DNA of 64,000 nt from Psilocybe cubensis (lineage: Eukaryota), in assembly GCA_017499595.2 (NCBI GenBank), contig CM039008.1, positions 1,178,001 through 1,242,000 of the forward strand. Direction: 5' to 3'. Below the pieces are notes generated by a model. It ran no database searches. It was not told the DNA's origin and saw only the letters and a program-made list of their open reading frames with translations. Shown one piece after another: positions 51,647-63,127 of this stretch (positions are counted from its first letter, which is position 1; each line of letters starts with the position of its first letter). A program made the translations under genes and the position numbers.

Positions 51647-54600
51647 ATGAGTGACATACCCACCTCAGAGCAGAGTACCGCCCAAATCAGACTGCTGCAG
51701 ATAAATCTCAACAAATCAGAAGTGGCACACCTCGAGACACTCAACGACAATCTACACGACCGATTCGACATTGTTCTCCTACAAGAACCGCATATCACCC
51801 ACTTCAAAAACATACGCACCAACAACAATTTCCGGCCGGTGTATCCGTCAAATAGACATATGTCGACAACACGCTCTGGCATCTGGGTCAACAAAAGGCT
51901 CGATACCAACAACTGGAGTGAAATCACTTTCCCCGAGTCCAACGACATCACAGCAATACGGATTCGATGCGAAAGAGGTAATGTCTACATTTTCAACATC
52001 TACAATCCGGGACACGAGGGCAGCGCAATCCGACAACTCCAGAAATACCTGCTGGACAATCAAGAAGCAATAACAAATGACAACACACACATGATATGGG
52101 CCGGCGACTTCAACCTTTACCACCCGATGTGGGACCGTGACGAGGACACCCGCCTCTTCACAAGGACTGCACTGGCAGATGCCGAAAAGCTGATCGAGCT
52201 GCTCGACCACCACGACATGCACATGCCACTGCCCAAAGGCCATCCAACTCTGGAACACATGGTCTCGAAACGCCTCTCACGCCCCGACAACGTCTTCTGC
52301 TCCTCAAGCTTAACACCCTACGTCATCCGTTGCGAAGTGCTCTATGAGGCAAGGCCAGCCAACACTGACCATTACCCCATCGTCACCACGTTAGACACGA
52401 ACTACACGAAGATCGATGAAGCCATGACCAGAAACTTCAAGCTAGTTAATTGGGACAAGTTTAACTCAGCACTGAGGACGCGTCTACAACGTGAACAGCA
52501 ACCTAGGGCGTTGACAACCAAGGAAGAAATAGAGGATACGGTGAGAGTACTGACCTCGGCCTTGCAGGATACCATAGCAAGCGAGGTCAAACTACGAAAG
52601 CCGCTTCCAGACAAGAAAAGATGGTGGACAGGTGATGTAGAAACTGCCAAACGATACAAGAACAGACTGAGCAGCCTTCACAATAGGTACCGAGCAATGC
52701 CAGACCATCCATGCCACCAGGAATACAAGGCCGCCAAACGAGCATTCGCAAGACTGGTCATCGAGGCAAAGAAGAACCACTGGGAGGACTGGCTGCTCGA
52801 CGCCGAAGGCGGGGACATCTGGACGGCAAACCGGTACTTTAAGAACCCAGCCGGCGACGGCGGCCGACCGCGCATACCCTCGCTTCACGTTACAAATGAG
52901 TACGACGAAACGGAGGAAGTTACCACCAATGAGGAGAAAGCGCAAGTATTTGCGAGAGCGTTCTTCCCCAAAAAACCGGATCAGTCCTCAGTACCAGCAA
53001 ACTACCAGTACCCTGAAGCTCTGCCAGACTTGGGTAAAGTAACGAGGAGTCAAATAACCAGGCAGATCCGCCGGCTGGCACCACACAAAGCACCAGGAAT
53101 GGACGAAATCCCAAACATAGTATTGCAAAAGACCGCCCCAATCATAGCCGATCACCTCGTCTGCCTATACAATGCAATACTTGACCTGAATTACTACCCG
53201 GACTCATGGAAGCACTCCATCACGGTCGTGCTGCGCAAGCCCGGAAAGCCTAACTACAAGATGGCGAAGGCATACCGCCCGATTGCCCTGCTGAACACCC
53301 TCCCGAAGGTCCTGACGGCAATAATAGCAGAGCGGTTAAGCTATTTAACAGAAACTCACAAATTACTTCCAGACACACACTTCGGAGGGAGACCAGGGCG
53401 TACAACATCGGACGCCATGCACTATCTTACAGACAAGGTCAAGTCAGCGTGGAGAAGAGGTAAAGTAGCATCAATACTCTTCCTGGATGTTGAAGGCGCC
53501 TTCCCGAACGCAGTCACGGACCGGCTTATCCACAATCTGAGGAAACGCCGAATACCAAAGAAATACATCGATTTCATCGAGAATCTACTCAAAGGGAGGA
53601 AAACAAAACTGAGATTCGACGACTTCGTATCGGCGTTAATGGAAATTGACAATGGAATTGGACAAGGTGACCCACTTTCAATGATTTTGTATATAATCTA
53701 TAACGCAGATCTGCTCGAAATTGTCAACCGAGAGGATGGCGAGGACGCGATAGGCTACGTGGATGATGTCACGATCATTGCAACGGGCGACACCACTGAC
53801 GACACAACCGACAAACTAAGTATCATAATGAATGATGAAGGCGGTGCACAAACATGGAGCGAAGAACACAACTCCAACTTCGAAGTATCAAAACTTGCAA
53901 TAATGCATATGGACCCTCGTGATCCGGACACACTTGAACACCCCAGGCTGGAGGTAAAAGGCGAACTAGTCAAACAGGTGAACAACTTTCGTTGTCTTGG
54001 GTTTCAGATTGACTGCCGTTTGCAATGGAAGGTACACCTCCAAAAAGCGACAGAAAAAGCCACCAGTTGGCTATCAAACTTCCGAAGACTGTCAAAACCG
54101 AGCACCGGAATCCAATCAAAACTCATGCGGCAACTCTACATCACGACCATTATCCCTCAACTATCATATGGAATCGACGTATGGTACACCCCACCCACAA
54201 AACCCACCGGCTTCCGGCGAAACACAGGATCTGTTGCAGCCCTGCGGCAGATGACCATGATACAAAGAAAAGCCACGCTCATCATCACGGGCGCAATGAG
54301 AACCACCCCGACAGAATTGCTGGACGCCCATGCAGGTGTCCTGCCACTCGAGCTCACGCTGCTGAAAATATGTCACAGGGCAATAACGAGATTGTGCACA
54401 CTGCCGCCGACACACCCGTTACACAACACAGTGCGAAAGGCATCAACAAAACAACAACGTCGACACAAATCTCCGATATATCAACTCCTCAGGATTTTCG
54501 ACTTGAGACCGGACGAACTAGAAACCATACACCCGTACACAACATCGCCGGAATACACACCGCCCTTCAAAATCGTAATCGCAAAGTGCCGGGAGGAATC

Positions 54601-55600
54601 AATAAAAATTGAGACGAAATGCCTAGCTAAGTACCGAATATACTCAGATGGCTCAGGTCATGACGGTCGAATAGGTGCCGCGGCGGTACTGCTAAAAACA
54701 CGCAAGGATCGGCATGGAACCACATTACGACTACACCTCGGAACTAAAGAGGAGCACAACACCTATGAAGCGGAAGGCGTGGGCGGAATACTTGCACTCG
54801 AACTAGCCAAGAAGGAGAACCCAGAGGAAAACGATGAGATTGCAGTATTCAGCGACAACCAGTCCATGCTGCAGAATGCCAGCACACCCAAAGCTAAGTC
54901 GGGCCAGCACATTGCATTAAAGCTGATTGATGCAGCGAGGGAAATACAGGGGAGAGTTACACTCTACTGGATCTCCGGCCACTCAGACGTACTGGGCAAT
55001 GAACGAGCAGACGAAGAGGCCAAGAGAGCAGCGGATGGCGACAGTAGCCCGATAGACACCTTGCCCGAGTCACTGCAACACGCTCTGCCAAAGAGCGCAT
55101 CAGCAGAACGTCAAGCGTACCACGAAGAGCTAATGACCATATGGACATCGCGTTGGAACGAATCCCGACGAAAAATCACCTTCAAAAACAAGAAAATCGA
55201 TTCAAGCTTCCCATTCACGAAGTTCAGGAAAACCGCACATAAGCTAAATAGAGCACAAGCCAGTGTCCTAATCCAACTGCGAACGGGGCACATTCCTTTG
55301 AACTCACATATCAGCAAGTTCGACCCACACTTCAACCAATTCTGCCCAAGATGCAACGAGAGACGATCGGGCGAGAGGGCCACGGAGACCGTAGAACACT
55401 TCCTGTTCGAATGCAGAGCACACAAAGAGCTACGACAGGACATGTGGACCAAACTAGGGAAGAAAATCATGAACATAGAAGAACTCACGACGAATGTCAC
55501 GAACGCAAGAGCATTAATCAAATATATCGCGAGGACGAAGCGACTAAAACCGTACAAAGAAGACATACTCGTTAGAGGAATACAAGAAATGGAAGAGTAA
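51647..55600 (+). CDS. LINE ORF2: APE endonuclease, reverse transcriptase, RNase H, C-terminal zinc motif; intact 1317 aa
   Basis: LQINLN, LLQEP, GDFNL, TDHYPI; YRPIALL, QGDPLS, YVDD; IYSDGSG, WISGHSDVLGNERADEEAK; CPRC..ETVEHFLFEC. Confidence 0.97.
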   Translation: MSDIPTSEQSTAQIRLLQINLNKSEVAHLETLNDNLHDRFDIVLLQEPHITHFKNIRTNNNFRPVYPSNRHMSTTRSGIWVNKRLDTNNWSEITFPESNDITAIRIRCERGNVYIFNIYNPGHEGSAIRQLQKYLLDNQEAITNDNTHMIWAGDFNLYHPMWDRDEDTRLFTRTALADAEKLIELLDHHDMHMPLPKGHPTLEHMVSKRLSRPDNVFCSSSLTPYVIRCEVLYEARPANTDHYPIVTTLDTNYTKIDEAMTRNFKLVNWDKFNSALRTRLQREQQPRALTTKEEIEDTVRVLTSALQDTIASEVKLRKPLPDKKRWWTGDVETAKRYKNRLSSLHNRYRAMPDHPCHQEYKAAKRAFARLVIEAKKNHWEDWLLDAEGGDIWTANRYFKNPAGDGGRPRIPSLHVTNEYDETEEVTTNEEKAQVFARAFFPKKPDQSSVPANYQYPEALPDLGKVTRSQITRQIRRLAPHKAPGMDEIPNIVLQKTAPIIADHLVCLYNAILDLNYYPDSWKHSITVVLRKPGKPNYKMAKAYRPIALLNTLPKVLTAIIAERLSYLTETHKLLPDTHFGGRPGRTTSDAMHYLTDKVKSAWRRGKVASILFLDVEGAFPNAVTDRLIHNLRKRRIPKKYIDFIENLLKGRKTKLRFDDFVSALMEIDNGIGQGDPLSMILYIIYNADLLEIVNREDGEDAIGYVDDVTIIATGDTTDDTTDKLSIIMNDEGGAQTWSEEHNSNFEVSKLAIMHMDPRDPDTLEHPRLEVKGELVKQVNNFRCLGFQIDCRLQWKVHLQKATEKATSWLSNFRRLSKPSTGIQSKLMRQLYITTIIPQLSYGIDVWYTPPTKPTGFRRNTGSVAALRQMTMIQRKATLIITGAMRTTPTELLDAHAGVLPLELTLLKICHRAITRLCTLPPTHPLHNTVRKASTKQQRRHKSPIYQLLRIFDLRPDELETIHPYTTSPEYTPPFKIVIAKCREESIKIETKCLAKYRIYSDGSGHDGRIGAAAVLLKTRKDRHGTTLRLHLGTKEEHNTYEAEGVGGILALELAKKENPEENDEIAVFSDNQSMLQNASTPKAKSGQHIALKLIDAAREIQGRVTLYWISGHSDVLGNERADEEAKRAADGDSSPIDTLPESLQHALPKSASAERQAYHEELMTIWTSRWNESRRKITFKNKKIDSSFPFTKFRKTAHKLNRAQASVLIQLRTGHIPLNSHISKFDPHFNQFCPRCNERRSGERATETVEHFLFECRAHKELRQDMWTKLGKKIMNIEELTTNVTNARALIKYIARTKRLKPYKEDILVRGIQEMEE

Positions 55601-55880
55601 GCGAAGGGATCAGAATGCACAAAAGTCGCCAAGGAAAGGCGCACCACAGGGACAACAAAGAGAGGAGTAGAGGAAGCGCGAAGGGAGACTCTGCCTACAA
55701 AGAGGCGCCAGAGGCGCTACTCAAAACGGCCTAGGAAAGGCCGGATCCAGCAAGGGGACGTGAGGGCCCCTTGGGATGCTTGAGTAGGTCGAAGACGGCA
55801 ATCTCACAGCGACAGGAGCTGTTAGGTAGAATAAGTAGCACAAGGCCAAAGGAGGGGCCCTCCCCTTAGAGGCAATAACA

Positions 55881-55921
<41 letters not shown>

Positions 55922-58533
55922 GGGTTGGACGAGTGACGTGAGGGCGGGTCTTAACAGGGCCTCCAGCAATTGGGGCTGGGGATGTCCTCTGCGGCGTGTG
56001 AGCTGGCTGAGCCACTGGTGTAGTTTTGGCCACCGTAGCGTATGACCGGGGCTCAGTAACCCTTTCAGGGTTTTGGGGGTGATATTCCGGGTCTGCCGGG
56101 AATAAGGTTGAGTGTAGCAGCAGAGCGGCGTGCATCGTTCGGTCACTGAGTGTGACGGTACCGTGAGAAATGCTCTGTATAATCGCGACCGTTGCCAGAA
56201 TGGAGTCCAGCAGAGTCTCGAGGTGAGCAACCTGTCCGGCAACAATGTCCGAAGACACAGCTGGCGGGGGCAGAGTAGATGGGGGTGCAGCATCGGTGTT
56301 TGGGGCACTGTGTGGGTCCGCCAATGGTATGGGTGTGTTGACAGAGTGCTGTGGAGAGGGACCCGGAGGGGCATCCACTGATTTCCGAGGGTGAGTTCTG
56401 CCTTTCTTTATAAGGCGCTTCGTATGGGGTGACCTCTTGGTCTGTAGCAGCTTTCGGCCATCACTCTCTGACTCTGTTGGGCCTGGGGTTGAGTCTGGAG
56501 AGCGCTGTCGCCGTGTACCCAGCAGCGGGGCCGGTGAGCTGGCACGCTGACCATGTTGATGGTGGTGGTTAGTGCGTGAGAACATCATGGCCAAGTTCAT
56601 TCGTCGTTGTTGCACCTCAGCAAATTCCGTCCAATCGCAAAGCATTCACCACTGCTGTCATTGATGCTTTACGCTCAGAGAAGGAATCGATATCAACGCT
56701 CACTGTGAAATCGTTCGCTGCAAAGATACACAGTTTTATGTGCGTCACAATATATCACATAATTTCAATGTATTTATGATCAGGTTTTTGCTCATGCAGG
56801 CCCAATGGAATAGAAATTGATTGCCACGGACAGAATTCTGACCGCCTTCTATTCAATCCAGCAGGAGGATGGGCCCACCCTGCCTTCATAGCAGGCAGAG
56901 TCGAAGAAAGCAGAAGAAAGCCGACGAAACGACTTAATAAGCGTAACCATCTTTGCTGGAGCCGCACACGGTATAGAAAATGGGACGACATTTAACGTCT
57001 ATGCAAATCATGTCGACACGAACCAGAAACCCATTGGCCATCTCGAGGTTGTTGACAGATACCATCCCGTTATTAACTCCACCACGACTAAGCTAGAACT
57101 TCCTCTCGACACAAAATTACCTGTAGTATTTTTTGTCGTGGAGACAGGTTCCTTATCTCGAGCTTTGAATGTCTACGCTGATAAGGTGGCTATGTCGATG
57201 GTCAAGGGTCCAAGGTTGAACATGGTCAACGAATCTATGGCGCATATTATTCTCAGGAATGCCAACGACAAAGTCGAGGTCTTGTGGAATGACTTTCCAA
57301 AAAGTGGCCTCGATTCAGGGAAGAATCTCGTTCATAATATCGCTGTATTGAACAACCCTGCGGATTTGGAAAAGGCACTCAGTAATGCTGCATGGTTTAC
57401 TCACCGTGTCAGTTATATGCGCAACCCGATGTCTTCGTGTGCATTCTTCGAGGCAGAATTGAAGGCGGTCGATGAAAATCAGGAACCGACTGGAAAGAAT
57501 TTGTTACTCGATGACGCCGTCACCCTGGATATCACTCAGGACAACAATAGAACTACTTACTGCCTCTTGCTTTCAAACAAAACCGATCACGAAATCTGGC
57601 CGTACGTGTTCATTTGTAACCCAAGCGATTTTAGCATCCGTGGGTAATTCTGGAATGTCTGATTTATTATACCTTGCTGATAAATGCTATATTAGGTCCT
57701 TGGTATACCGCGACGAAGGCTTTATCTCCAAAAATGATGGGAGCAACGAACACAGTTGAAATTGGATGCGGAGATGAGGATGATCTGGCATTCGAATGGA
57801 CTGCGGACCAGGGAGTAGATGTGGCATATATCAATATTATTGCTACAAAGGAACGTACCAACTTTTCTTGCTTGACGCAAAGCGAAACTACAACCGTCGA
57901 GAGACTCAGAGGTATGTTCTGCCTAATCAAATTGCTGGCACACAGACTAAGGTATTTTATCCAGAAGTAGCCCCAAATCAATCGATTTCGACGCAGGCAA
58001 ACGAGGAACCACGCAAGCGTCGTGGTATGTCAATCAAAAAGGACTGGGAGATGGCGCAAATTCCAATCACACGAAAATATGTTCAGAGAACGAGTCGTAC
58101 TGTTTCTCCATCAGCATCGAGGAAACCTTTCTGGAATAAGTTTGGCAAATAGGTTGTACAAGATAGCATTTTATACCAGCCTATTTTCCGCACTAATCAG
58201 CATAAACTCTGTTTTTTGAACATCTTGCGTTTGGTTTGATGAAAGAGTCAGACTTGAAAGCTTTCCAATGAAGAAGATAGAATCATTGAAAAGAATCCGA
58301 GATGCTCAAGTCATCCTAGAAGTGCCAGTAAGCGGTGAACGGGAAGCAAGGGAATACCTGTAGACATTGTTACATATCGCTAATTCGACGTGACGAAGTC
58401 CGGGGCGACACGGATTTTACCGATGAACTGTACAGATAACAAATGCCGTTTTCGGCACGCAAACCTTGATTTGGCCCTGTGACCTTTGGTTACGGGCAAG
58501 TTTCGCTCGACATCCTCAAGACTATCCTCAAAA

Positions 58534-59466
58534 ATGGCAGCACAACGCGGTACGCAGTCTACTTCCTATGATTACTGTTATCCGCTTTGCTGACGAGTCT
58601 TTCTTGTTTCCTCCATTTACCCTTTCTGACTCCCCAAACTCGTACATAATCCTCGGACCTATGATCTTACACTGTTCACTCCCTTCTCGTCTCTCGTCAA
58701 TCTCCGATCCTACGTCGACTTGGAATTTGACCTTGATGCTGGTGTTGGTTTTGGTGTGGCGATAAAACAGGTGGAGGCGCCTCTGGCACAAAATTCCGTC
58801 TGACCCTTGGTCTTCCCGTCGGCGCTGTCATCAATTGCGCTGATAACAGCGGTGCCAAGTCCCTGTTCCTCATCGAGCCCTTCGGCTTTGGTGCCCACCT
58901 TAACAGACTCCCCGACGCTGGTGTTGGTGACATGGTTGTCGCCTCTGTGAAGAAAGGAAAGCCTGAGCTGAGGAAAAAGAGTGAGTTCATTTTACCATTT
59001 TTGTGTATTGGGAAATAGGTTGTGGAGTTGAGTGGTAGTGGAATTATGACTTGTTTCCTTGAGTCAAGGAGAAGAATTGGAAGAGGTTGGAGAGGGAATG
59101 CTGCCGATGGTTTGTGTTATCTTGAATATGGAGCTGACCTTCTTCATATAGCTATGCCCGCTGTTGTCATCCGTCAACGCAAAGCATGGCGCCGGAGAGA
59201 TGGCGTGTTCCTCTACTTCGAGGTGCGTTTCATAGATCTCACAATCTGACCGGTATTCTTATCGCATTTTTTGCAGGACAACGCTGGCGTCATCGTCAAC
59301 CCCAAGGGCGAAATGAAGGGCTCCGCCATCACTGGACCCGTGGCTAAGGAATGCGTACGTAAAAATTCCCCTCGATTAGACCACCACCTGGACCTGACTA
59401 TTTGCCTCGTATATTTAGGCGGATCTGTGGCCCCGTATTGCTTCCAACGCTGGAACTGTTGTCTGA
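58534..59466 (+). CDS. RPL23: 60S ribosomal protein uL14 (L23); multi-exon
   Basis: [81 protein letters not shown]. Confidence 0.96.
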
Positions 59467-59695
59467 TTTTTCTTTTTCCCTTCTATATCATGTTCAACCA
59501 ATGCATTTTTATGAGATGACATGTTTAAAAGAGACTGCCTCGTCAAATAATGTGAGATTACCAGAAAGTCACTTCATTGCCATAATCATTATCTACGTCA
59601 TGACTTCCAGCACTTGGAGGCCTTCGAGGAGTCATATCTACATACACAATACCCAAAAGATGTTACCTGAGATGTATAAAGATCATGAGTGGTCA

Positions 59696-61331
59696 TTACG
59701 GCTGGCTCTTCTCCTTTGCCTTGATCTTCACGCCTGTCAGCTTTGTGGTCTTGCTCGTTCGAGGATGGGCATTCGCCCCGGATTGAAGCGTTGGTTGCAG
59801 TCCAAGTAATTTGGCTTCCAGTAGCGGATTCACTTTCGCTTTAGCTGCGGATTGTAACATGGTCAATGACGGCAATGAATTGGCAGTCTTGGATGCTCCA
59901 TGTTTTGAATTCTGGGAAGAAGAGAGGTCGAGCGTGCTCGCAAGGTGCTTCGGGAGTGGGGGAGGAGGTTTCATCGGTAATGAGGGATGGTATGGCAGGG
60001 ACGATGTGGCTGGAGGCGATGGTCGGTTCGCTACCACTGCTGCGTCATCCATTTGAACATCTTGGCCATGGGTAACGAGAGGTGCTGTTGACTTTGGAAC
60101 TGGATTAGTTCGCTCCATTTGGCGGAGCTTGGCTTCCATCATAGCGATTTTATCTGTCGTTTTCCTACTTGGAAAAGTTTATATGGTCAGAAATTTCACG
60201 AAATTATATTCTCCGAAACGAAGTAATGATACATACCCTTCACCCCTGTGACTCATCCCTGTCTTCATCAAGCTGAGTGCTGTCGGCCTTCCAGCGTCAT
60301 TCATGGTTTTCCGATTTTTCAACGACGACGGTAGCGCAATGCCGCTACCGCTGCCGTATTGATCTAGCGGCGCCTGGTGAGCAAAGGTGACCACAAGTTT
60401 TCGCCCGCGCAGTGGCTTCTCGTGCGCCATTGTCAGCGCTTTCCGTGCGTCCTATTGTTCAAAAGAAAACACGGAGCCAGATGTCAGTGTTCTTTTCCAA
60501 CAAATTGGGCTAAAAGTTGGGGGCTAAGAGCTATCCAGTGGAAAGAGGACAATGCAGAATTGAATCGCCAGATGCCCCGATGTCTCCTCCCGCCTTCATC
60601 AAAGAACACGAGGAAACATTGTATGACTGTGAATTATGCCATTTCGGGGGCATTCATCGGGTTCCACAGATGATTGATCACAGCCAGCAGTGCAGGGCAA
60701 AGGCAGGGTGACATAGATTAAACAAGCAAAGAAAATAAGAGTAAGCAATATGTTCTCCGGTTGACGAGTCAAAATGTGCATCTCGCAGGCTGGCCAGTGG
60801 CAAAAGAAAGGGTTTTCATGGAAGAATGAACAAAGAATAAAGAAGAAAGGGCATAATGGAACATGACGGAATCGAAAATAAACTCACATCTGGATTCCCA
60901 TATTCAATAAATGCATAACCCCTAGGCTTTCCCTTCAACGCTCCGCTCTTATGAAACAAAAAATCCATCTTCGTGACCTTTCCGAACTTTGAGAAAATTT
61001 GTAGTAATGTATATCTGCAACCACCAGTAAGCAATCACATCGAAAGTGTCAACGATGAAAATGGAATAACAACGTACTCATCAACAGTAGGATGCAGGTT
61101 CCCGACGTACAGCCTGTCTTTCAGAAGCTGCCGTGGTTGTTCTTCAGGAGGACTTTTGGACCTCTCTGATATCGGATCTTTATCATCAAGAGAGGGGTAG
61201 AATAGGTGCTCGTCAATAGAGGAATTAGATGGTGCTTGAGCATTCGCATTTGCAGTTGGTGTCGCAGACGACGACGACGCCCCCGACAACGCTGTAAGGT
61301 CGTCCAATTTCACAGCGCTACTGCTGGCCAT
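59696..61331 (-). CDS. RBM18-like single-RRM RNA-binding protein; multi-exon
   Basis: [74 protein letters not shown]. Confidence 0.85.
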
Positions 61332-61456
61332 ACTAGAAAAGAGAAGAGCAGCAGAGAGCGACAGAATACAAGGCCAGATAAATGTGATGGTAATGTCAAT
61401 GAATCCGGAATACAACGCGAGTGGTTAAAAGTGGTTGGTTAGATGCTTGGAACTTA

Positions 61457-62662
61457 CACGATGGGCACCTAACTGTCATGTGGCTATCTAACATGTTAGC
61501 TAGGTTGTTGCCATAATATTGTACTATGTTAATTGTCATGTAATTGTCATGTTAACTGTTGGTTATATTAACTGTCATGTTTTTTGAGTCACACTCTGTC
61601 TTGTCACTCAAGACCATGGGGTCCAGTAGATACATATCCGGTTGACTTGGGGGAAAAATGAAAGGACATGTAGAGTGTATATATTAACACTGCACCACCT
61701 GGCCAATATTAAACACTAGGGGCATTGGCTTAAGAAAACAGTAATTTGTCTGAATTTTTTTGATTGATCAAGTTGCAATTAAATTTCAAGATTTATTGAC
61801 AATAAAATTCATGTGGTGCACATCATGGCGGTATTTGAATCCATCAATACCCATGCCGAACGGCCGTTCTCAAAGGTATTAATCATGCTCGCTAGAATCC
61901 CCCTATTCATATCAATTTCTTCCAATATGGCGCGTACTCGCGCGTTAGAGAGACAGCATGCACCTACTAGATATCAGCAAAATAAGGACAAGAATCTCAC
62001 TTCCTGGGAAAAAATGGCAATTTTCCTCATTAACGATGCAAAAACGGTCGACGAGCAAATAGTCGCAACCATGTTCTCACATCTCGCAAACTAAGATTGG
62101 AAATCACGTCGATTACAGGTTGAGAGGCTTTCTATAGATGGGTGTGATCGTTGACAGAATGCGCACCTTGCCAGGCATTGGAAAACATAGCTGAAAACGC
62201 GCGCAAAGAGGAGACACGCCGCGAAATAAAGACGCGTTTCGACGCGTCAAAGCTCCTTGACTACGCCGTTGCTGCGGTCGGCATGTTGGCCGCTTTTAAG
62301 CTCATTCAAACTCAGAAAAGCACACCAACAGTATATACCACATGAATTTTACTACCAAGAACGTCAGCTAAACTGTTCCACATGGTTTTAAAAATTAAAC
62401 AACATCGTAAAAAAGAGAATTGAGTAGCACTATTGTCCCCAAGTCGACCGGTTATGTAACTGCCAGTTTGGGACTTGAAGACTATTCACGGTTCACAGAG
62501 ACTTACTGGGTCTTGAGTGACAAGGTAGAGTGTGACCCAAAAAACATGACAGTCAACATGACAATTACATGACAATTACATGACAATTAACATAGTACAA
62601 TATTATGGCAACAACCTAGCTAACATGTTAGATAGCCACATGACAGTTAGGTGCCCATCGTG
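61457..62662. mobile_element. Non-autonomous DNA transposon (1.2 kb) with long TIRs; superfamily unresolved (CAC termini, 3-bp TTA TSD)
   Basis: About 96-bp perfect TIR CACGATGGGCACCTAACTGTCATG..., extending imperfectly to ~155 bp with TGTCATGT repeats; TTA on both flanks; no transposase ORF. Confidence 0.92.
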
Positions 62663-62737
62663 TTACAAGTGGAAGGTAAAAACTCGACAAAACAGCATAT
62701 ACCGCGTGATTGGATTTTGTGACTAACGATTCCTCAA

Positions 62738-62824
62738 GCATTAATGGGGTAGTGGTAACCTGGGTCGTTGCCATCTCGAGCAAAAAAGCTCGACCCGCCG
62801 GGGGTTCGATTCCCCCTTAATGCA
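62738..62824 (+). tRNA. tRNA-Gly(GCC) with a 16-nt intron (62774-62789)
   Basis: Acceptor stem GCATTAA/TTAATGC, D-loop TAGTGGTAA, anticodon stem GGTCG/CGACC with GCC at 62770-62772, T-loop GGTTCGATTCC. Confidence 0.95.
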
Positions 62825-63127
62825 CAATTGTGCAGGGATAATACGAGCGATCGTGCTATCCCTGTATAGTTATTTTTCTCTCCCTCTTTTTATTATTACG
62901 GTTAGCTTTACGGAAAAATATCCTGGGTCTTGTCATGTTTACGAGAACTCAGCGGGACGTCAATATTTCGAGCTACAGACATATACGATTTTTTATACAC
63001 ATGCATGCTGATTGCACACCAATTCGTGTTTAGGGTAGGCCACATCGGTTTGGTTCTCTCATCCATTTTGCCGTCTAATTCCAGACTCACTCCAATTATC
63101 CGTTTTTCATGCTGTTTTCACATTGAT

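Larger units (their letters stand above)
43479..55915 (+). mobile_element. Full-length Tad1-like LINE (ORF1+ORF2 with RNase H), interrupted by a Gypsy element
   Basis: 15-bp TSD AATGGCGGGTTGGAC (43464-43478 / 55916-55930); poly(A) from 55882; two ORFs. Confidence 0.93.
42625..56586 (-). mobile_element. Non-autonomous ORF1-only non-LTR retroelement (~1.5 kb: 55931-56586 plus 42625-43478), interrupted by a LINE
   Basis: 12-bp TSD ATGGCCAAGTTC (42613-42624 / 56587-56598); poly(A) tail read as a T-tract from 42625; rejoined single ORF of ~444 aa (56585 to 42799) with LINE ORF1-like motifs RSYATVA, SKSGRLII, WHGIVVHDLP, GIFLFGSWCRVSRY; no RT. Confidence 0.85.
42120..58152 (+). pseudogene. Caspase-fold (C14 metacaspase-like) gene, catalytically degenerate, split by a 14-kb nested insertion at 42625-56586
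   Basis: LIGIGKY, ATKEAILAEL, VVFFSSYG (H-G site), ICPTD, ITDKEL, TFFLDA (D-C site). Frame resumes WPSSFVVVA after the TSD; FTTAVIDAL; IFAGAAHGIENG; 10-bp duplication frameshift near 56903-56921. Confidence 0.8.

Noticed and set aside
54025-55647. Alternative-frame and antisense ORFs within LINE ORF2
   Set aside because: Expected from the A/C-rich codon bias; no motifs
58550-59150. snoRNAs in the longer RPL23 introns
   Set aside because: No convincing RUGAUGA/CUGA pair with terminal stem and guide, and no H/ACA layout by eye
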